Shown: positions 59,534 through 64,000 of the stretch, in pieces
Layout of the letters: each line of letters opens with the position of its first letter
Numbering within the stretch: the first letter of the stretch is position 1
From: Candidatus Marinacidobacterium sp.
GTDB lineage: Bacteria > Acidobacteriota > Vicinamibacteria > Marinacidobacterales > Marinacidobacteraceae
Length of the DNA: 64,000 nucleotides
Assembly (NCBI GenBank): GCA_965220965.1
Contig: OZ244852.1
Location: 1-64,000 of the forward strand
Reading direction: 5' to 3'
Program-made: the position numbers and the translations under genes
Notes under the pieces: generated by a model
The model's input: only the letters and a program-made list of their open reading frames with translations
What the model was told of the DNA's origin: nothing
Database searches by the model: none

Positions 59534-59878
59534 ATGCGGAGCATCCATCGCGCCCTCTTGGGGTCCGCCCTGATCCTTGGCGTCTTCGCCGCCGCCCTTC
59601 TGGCGGCGGGCGCCCAGGAGCGCACCTGGGACGGCCACATCACCGACACCATGTGCGGAAAGAGCCACATGATGGACGGCATGAGCCATCCCGAGTGCGC
59701 CATCGCCTGCCAGGAGATGGGCGCGTCGCTCGCGCTCTACGTGGCCTCCGAGGACAAGGTTTACGCCATCGCCAACCAGGAAGACGCGCAGCCGCACGCC
59801 GGGACCGACGTCGTCGTCACCGGAACCCTCGGCGACGATGGGGAGACGGTGACGATCCTGCGGATCGAGCCGCGCTGA
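59534..59878 (+). CDS. small secreted His/Met/Cys-rich protein
   Basis: ATG at 59534 after GGAGG. Signal peptide, GHITDTMCGKSHMMDGMSHPECAIAC, beta-rich C-terminus. Confidence 0.75.
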   Translation: MRSIHRALLGSALILGVFAAALLAAGAQERTWDGHITDTMCGKSHMMDGMSHPECAIACQEMGASLALYVASEDKVYAIANQEDAQPHAGTDVVVTGTLGDDGETVTILRIEPR

Positions 59879-59926
59879 CGGGGACCTCGTCCGCCGTCGC
59901 GGCGAACCGGAGGCCGCTGACCCTCG

Positions 59927-59935
59927 TGCTAGACT
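59927..59935 (+). promoter_or_regulatory. extended -10 promoter (TGCTAGACT) for the rho leader
   Basis: TGnTAnnnT match 7 nt before the structured element. Confidence 0.6.
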
Positions 59936-59942
59936 GAAATCC

Positions 59943-60092
59943 GGACTTCGCAGGGGGACGAGACGGCTGTTCGAACGGCCGGATCGCGAGGGCCGGCGCA
60001 GAACCGGTCTCGCCGCGTGGGTCCGGGCGTCCGCCTGGACAGGCCGGATCGCCAGGCCCGAACTGGTCCCGCGGATGTTCTCCATGAAGTCC
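59943..60092 (+). ncRNA. candidate ~150-nt rod-like structured RNA or rho 5' leader
   Basis: Nested pairings found by hand: GGACTTC/GAAGTCC, GGGGGAC/GTTCTCC, GTTC/GAAC, GGGCCGGCG/CGCCAGGCCC, CCGGTCT/AGGCCGG, GTCCGGGC/GCCTGGAC. Confidence 0.45.
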
Positions 60093-60303
60093 TGACCGCG
60101 AGGTTCTCCGCGGCGCGGCGGCGCTTCGATGCGTCCCGCGGCGCCCCGGGCTGAACTCTGGCGCTCGCGCCTTCCGGCCGTATCTGCCGGCCCGCGTTGC
60201 CCCGGCCCCGCCCCCTTCGCTTTTTTCGACGGCGCGCCTCTGGCGCTCCGTCGCTCCCCCACTCTTCTCTGGTCGGCGTACGCCGGCCCTGGCGAAAGCC
60301 CTG

Positions 60304-61647
60304 ATGCCGAGCACGAGACACCATTCCTCCCGGCGGCGGCGGTTCTTCCCCGGACGCCGTCGCCCGTCGCCTCCCGGAGAAGACCGGCCTCGGCGGGGGC
60401 CCCGCGAAGCCCCGAAGACCGAAGACGGCGAAGGCCCGGGGAACGAACCCGAGAGCCAGGAGACGGAGGCGGCGGAAGCCGGAGCCGAGGGGACGGCCCC
60501 CGAGGTCGAGCTGGCCCGGAACGAAGTGACCGGCCTGCTGGACATCGGGCCAAGGGACCGGGGCCACCTGCGCCTCCAGGAGAACAACTTCCTGCCGCGC
60601 GCCACCGATGTCCAGGTCGCCTTCGGGGTGATCGACCGCTATCGCCTCCGCGAGGGGCACATGGTCTATGGCTACCACGCGCCTGGCCGGCGACGGGGCC
60701 GCCGGGGCGGGGCCCCGAGGCCGGAGCTCCACACCGTGCTCGAGGTCAACGGATACCCGGTGGAGGGGCTGCCTCCGCGCCGGAACTACGCCGACCTGGT
60801 GAGCGAACACCCCGCGCCCCGGATCGAGATGGCGCTCGACGAGGACGCCCCGATGTCCCTCCGCGTCGTCGACATGATCGCGCCCGTCGGGCGCGGTCAG
60901 CGCGGCCTCATCGTGGCCGCTCCCAAGACCGGCAAGACGATCCTCCTCGAGCAGATCGGAACCGCCATCGCGAAGCACTACTCCGGGATCCACCTGATCA
61001 TCCTGCTGATCGACGAGCGCCCGGAGGAAGTGACGCACATGAGGCGGTCGGTGCCCCACGCCCAGGTGGTGGCCTCCACCGCCGATAGCGGGAGCGCGGA
61101 CCACGTGCGCGTCGCCCGGATCGTGCTGGAGCAGGCCCGGCGGCTGGTGGAGATGAAGGAGGATGTGGTCATCCTGCTCGACTCGATCACCCGGCTGGGG
61201 CGGGCCGCCAACCGCGAGATGCGCGGCAAGGGCCGCACCATGAGCGGCGGCATCGACTCCCGGGCCCTCGAGTTCCCGCGCCAGTTCTTCGGCGCCGCGC
61301 GCAAGATCGAGGACGGGGGCAGCCTCACGATCCTGGGAACCGCGCTGGTGGACACCGGCAGCCAGATGGACGAGGTCATCTTCCAGGAGTTCAAGGGGAC
61401 CGGGAACATGGAGCTGGTGCTCGACCGCAAGCTGGCGGAGTCGCGGATCTTTCCGGCGATCGACATCCACCAGTCGGGCACCCGGCGGGAGGAGCTGCTG
61501 CTTCCGCCGGAGGAGCTTCCGAAGACCCACCTCCTCCGTCGCGCGCTGGGCGGCCTCAAGCCCCTCGAGGCGATGTCGCTTCTCCTCGGGCGGATGCAGC
61601 GCACGAAGAACAACCGCGAGCTCCTCGAGCGCATCCGGGTTTCCTGA
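60304..61647 (+). CDS. rho: transcription termination factor Rho
   Basis: APVGRGQRGLIVAAPKTGKT, LLIDERPEEVT, LLDSITRL, SGGID, FFGAARKIE.GGSLTI, EFKGTGNME. Confidence 0.96.
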   Translation: MPSTRHHSSRRRRFFPGRRRPSPPGEDRPRRGPREAPKTEDGEGPGNEPESQETEAAEAGAEGTAPEVELARNEVTGLLDIGPRDRGHLRLQENNFLPRATDVQVAFGVIDRYRLREGHMVYGYHAPGRRRGRRGGAPRPELHTVLEVNGYPVEGLPPRRNYADLVSEHPAPRIEMALDEDAPMSLRVVDMIAPVGRGQRGLIVAAPKTGKTILLEQIGTAIAKHYSGIHLIILLIDERPEEVTHMRRSVPHAQVVASTADSGSADHVRVARIVLEQARRLVEMKEDVVILLDSITRLGRAANREMRGKGRTMSGGIDSRALEFPRQFFGAARKIEDGGSLTILGTALVDTGSQMDEVIFQEFKGTGNMELVLDRKLAESRIFPAIDIHQSGTRREELLLPPEELPKTHLLRRALGGLKPLEAMSLLLGRMQRTKNNRELLERIRVS

Positions 61648-61685
61648 CCGCCCCGGGTGGGCGGCGCGCGGGAGTTGCGTGCGGG

Positions 61686-61717
61686 TTCCATGATTCGATA
61701 TACTTCGAAACATGGAA
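61686..61717 (+). promoter_or_regulatory. ArsR operator inverted repeat enclosing a -10 box (leaderless arsR)
   Basis: TTCCATGATTCGA-TATACT-TCGAAACATGGAA (12/13 match). TATACT is 7 nt before the ATG at 61712. Confidence 0.8.
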
Positions 61718-62029
61718 AGGACAGCCGCCCGCGACGCGCTGGCGGCGCTGGCGCACGAGACCCGGCTGGACATCTTCCGCCTTCTCGTCCGCGCCGGGCC
61801 CGGCGGGCTCCCCGCCGGTCAGGTCGCCGGAACGCTCGGCGTCCCGTCGCCCACGCTCTCCTTCCACCTCAAGGAGATGCGCTTCGCCGGGGTGATCCGT
61901 TCCCGGAGGGAGGGCCGGTCCCTCATCTACAGCCCCGATTTCGCCGCCATGGACGCCCTGGTGGCTTTCCTCACCGAAAACTGTTGCCGGGACGCGAGTC
62001 CCGATTGCGCGGAGGATCCGACCCCATGA
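61712..62029 (+). CDS. arsR: ArsR/SmtB metalloregulator (C-terminal vicinal CC type)
   Basis: ALAHETRL.IFRLL, TLSFHLKE, RREGRS, FLTENCC. Confidence 0.9.
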   Translation: MERTAARDALAALAHETRLDIFRLLVRAGPGGLPAGQVAGTLGVPSPTLSFHLKEMRFAGVIRSRREGRSLIYSPDFAAMDALVAFLTENCCRDASPDCAEDPTP

Positions 62030-62466
62030 GACTGCAGCTTGCCCTGAACGTGCGCGATCTGGAGGAGGCGGTGGGCTTCTACACGAAGCTCTTCGGCGTC
62101 GCCCCGAAGAAGCGGAAGCCCGGCTACGCCAACTTCGCGATCGCCGAGCCGCCGCTGAAGCTGGTCCTCTTCGAGAACCCCGATTCCGCCGAGCGGATCA
62201 ATCACCTGGGCGTCGAGGTCATGGAGGACGCCGAGGTGGACACCGCCATGGCCCGGATCCAGGAGGCCGGCCTGTCCCACGAGATCGAATCGGAGGTCAC
62301 CTGCTGCCACGCCCGGCAGAACAAGGTGTGGGCCTACGAGCCCGAGGGCCTCCGCTGGGAGTGGTACCGGGTGATCGAGGACGTGGAGGAAGAGTCCGCC
62401 TGCGCGACGCCCGCGCCCGCTTCCGGGCCGGTTGCGATCGCGCCGCCCCCGGCGTCCGGAGCGTGA
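62026..62466 (+). CDS. ArsI/CadI family VOC metalloenzyme
   Basis: ATGA overlap with arsR. RLQLALNV.DL, GYANF, NHLG, TCCHARQNKVW, WEWY. Confidence 0.88.
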   Translation: MRLQLALNVRDLEEAVGFYTKLFGVAPKKRKPGYANFAIAEPPLKLVLFENPDSAERINHLGVEVMEDAEVDTAMARIQEAGLSHEIESEVTCCHARQNKVWAYEPEGLRWEWYRVIEDVEEESACATPAPASGPVAIAPPPASGA

Positions 62467-62491
62467 CCTGAGGAAACCGGGGCGCCCCACT

Positions 62492-62500
62492 TGCTAGAAT
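62492..62500 (+). promoter_or_regulatory. extended -10 promoter (TGCTAGAAT) for rplU-rpmA-obgE
   Basis: TGnTAGAAT 23 nt upstream of the rplU ATG. Confidence 0.65.
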
Positions 62501-62523
62501 CCGCGCCCTTTCCGGGCCCCGAT

Positions 62524-62850
62524 ATGTACGCAATCTTCGAGAGCGGCGGCAAGCAGCACCGGGCGGAGCCCGGGCAGCGCGTCGCGCTGGAGCGCCTTCA
62601 CGCCGCCGAGGGCGACGAGGTCTCGTTCGACCGGGTGTTGCTGGTGCGCGACCCCGGGACCGGCGAGATGAAGGTGGGGACGCCGTACGTGGAAGGGGCG
62701 ACGGTCTCCGCGACCGTCCTGAGTCACTACCGCGACCCCAAGATCCGGGTCTTCAAGCGGAAGCGCCGCAAGGGCTACCGGAAGCTGCAGGGGCACCGGC
62801 AGGACCGCGTCCAGGTGCGCATCGAAGCGATCCACCCGGCGGCCGGATAG
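62524..62850 (+). CDS. rplU: 50S ribosomal protein L21
   Basis: [34 protein letters not shown]. Confidence 0.96.
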   Translation: MYAIFESGGKQHRAEPGQRVALERLHAAEGDEVSFDRVLLVRDPGTGEMKVGTPYVEGATVSATVLSHYRDPKIRVFKRKRRKGYRKLQGHRQDRVQVRIEAIHPAAG

Positions 62851-62914
62851 CCGTCAGCCAGAGCAGGACACTCCGGAACGAACCCCGACCCCAACCCCAC
62901 AAGAGGACAGCGCC

Positions 62915-63187
62915 GTGGCTCACAAGAAGGGACAGGGAAGCTCCCGCAACGGACGGGACAGCCATTCCAAGCGGCTTGGCGTGAAGCGGTTCGCCGGCGA
63001 GCGCGTGCTCGGCGGGACGATCCTCGTCCGGCAGCGCGGAACCCGGTTCAAGCCGGGGCCGGGCGTCGGCCGGGGCGGGGACGACACCCTGTTCGCCCGC
63101 ATCTCCGGCGTCGTGTCCTTCCGCAATCGGGGACGGCTGGGACGGTTCATTTCCGTTTCCGCCGAGACCCCGGCGGCGTCGTCGTAA
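62915..63187 (+). CDS. rpmA: 50S ribosomal protein L27
   Basis: [36 protein letters not shown]. Confidence 0.97.
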   Translation: MAHKKGQGSSRNGRDSHSKRLGVKRFAGERVLGGTILVRQRGTRFKPGPGVGRGGDDTLFARISGVVSFRNRGRLGRFISVSAETPAASS

Positions 63188-63271
63188 GTCCGTCCGCCCG
63201 CCCCGCGGGCGCGCCCGGAAGACCCGTCGCTCGGGACCGGCCCGGCGAGGCCCGTTTCCGCGTCGTCGCCC

Positions 63272-64000
63272 ATGCTCGTTGACGAAGTCGTCCTGCGCGT
63301 GGCCGGAGGACGCGGCGGGAACGGCGCGCTGAGCTTTCGCCGGGAGAAGTTCGTCCCCCGGGGCGGCCCCGACGGCGGCAACGGGGGGCGGGGCGGCCAC
63401 GTGATCCTGGTCGCCCGGCGCGGCCGCAACACGCTGGCCGCCTTCCGCTACCGGCCCAACTACCGGGGCGGGGCCGGGGGTCACGGCGGCGGCGGGCGAC
63501 GCCAGGGACGTTCGGGCGAGGACGTTCTCCTCCGCGTGCCGCAGGGGACCGGCGCCTGGGACCACGAGAGCGGCGTCCTGCTCGGCGACCTGGTGGACGA
63601 GGGCCAGACGCTGACGGTGGCCGAGGGCGGCCGCGGCGGACGCGGAAACGCCGTCTTCCGCACCGCGACGAACCAGGCGCCGCGCCGGTCGGAACCCGGC
63701 GGGGCGGGGGAGGAGCGCGACATCCGGCTCGAGCTCCGCCTGCTCGCCGATGTGGGGCTCGTCGGGTTCCCGAACGCCGGCAAGTCTTCCTTCATCGCCC
63801 GGGTCAGCGCAGCCCGCCCGCGGATCGCCGACTACCCCTTCACCACCCTGGCGCCCAACCTCGGGCTCGTGCGGATCGGGGACGACGCCGAGATCGTGGT
63901 GGCGGACCTTCCCGGGATCGTCCCGGGGGCCAGCCAGGGAGCGGGACTCGGCCTCCGGTTCCTGAAACACCTCTCCCGCACCGCGTTCCTCGTCTACTTC
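63272..64000 (+). CDS. obgE: GTPase ObgE/CgtA (partial, runs off right edge)
   Basis: Hand-translated MLVDEVVLRVAGGRGGNGALSFRREKFVPRGGPDGG ... ADVGLVGFPNAGKSS ... IADYPFTTL ... ADLPG. Conserved rplU-rpmA-obgE order. Confidence 0.95.
   Translation, partial: MLVDEVVLRVAGGRGGNGALSFRREKFVPRGGPDGGNGGRGGHVILVARRGRNTLAAFRYRPNYRGGAGGHGGGGRRQGRSGEDVLLRVPQGTGAWDHESGVLLGDLVDEGQTLTVAEGGRGGRGNAVFRTATNQAPRRSEPGGAGEERDIRLELRLLADVGLVGFPNAGKSSFIARVSAARPRIADYPFTTLAPNLGLVRIGDDAEIVVADLPGIVPGASQGAGLGLRFLKHLSRTAFLVYF

Overview
A very GC-rich bacterial chromosome segment, probably Acidobacteriota (inferred from an ADOP-type duplicated permease, futalosine-pathway mqnD and IcmF). Most of it is housekeeping: comEC, birA, icmF, an HU/IHF gene, rpsA, proS, folC, accD, a fatty-acid CoA ligase, gatB, coaX, acnA, hisS, rho and rplU-rpmA-obgE. 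The left edge holds the first two genes of a probable class 1 DISARM anti-phage system: a DrmD SNF2 helicase and an N6-adenine methyltransferase that runs off the window and is missing from the ORF track. Small accessory insertions lie at about 27 kb (membrane-anchored heptad-repeat protein), 43.5 kb (stand-alone UDG-superfamily glycosylase) and 47.2-48.9 kb. The last is the best candidate for an undescribed system. It has a sigma70 promoter with a palindromic operator, a lipoprotein whose C8 tract appears frameshifted out of ATGA coupling with the next gene, a secreted 8-Cys mini-protein with near-mirror Cys spacing, a HEAT-like gene fragment and an XRE-HTH gene. Other oddities are an in-frame Fpg/Nei glycosylase-PLP dehydratase fusion, a probable CTG-start uridine kinase, a DnaD-like orphan and a ~150-nt structured RNA in the long rho leader. 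No tRNA, rRNA, CRISPR array, transposase or integrase was seen. All calls come from reading motifs by eye; no database search or folding program was run.
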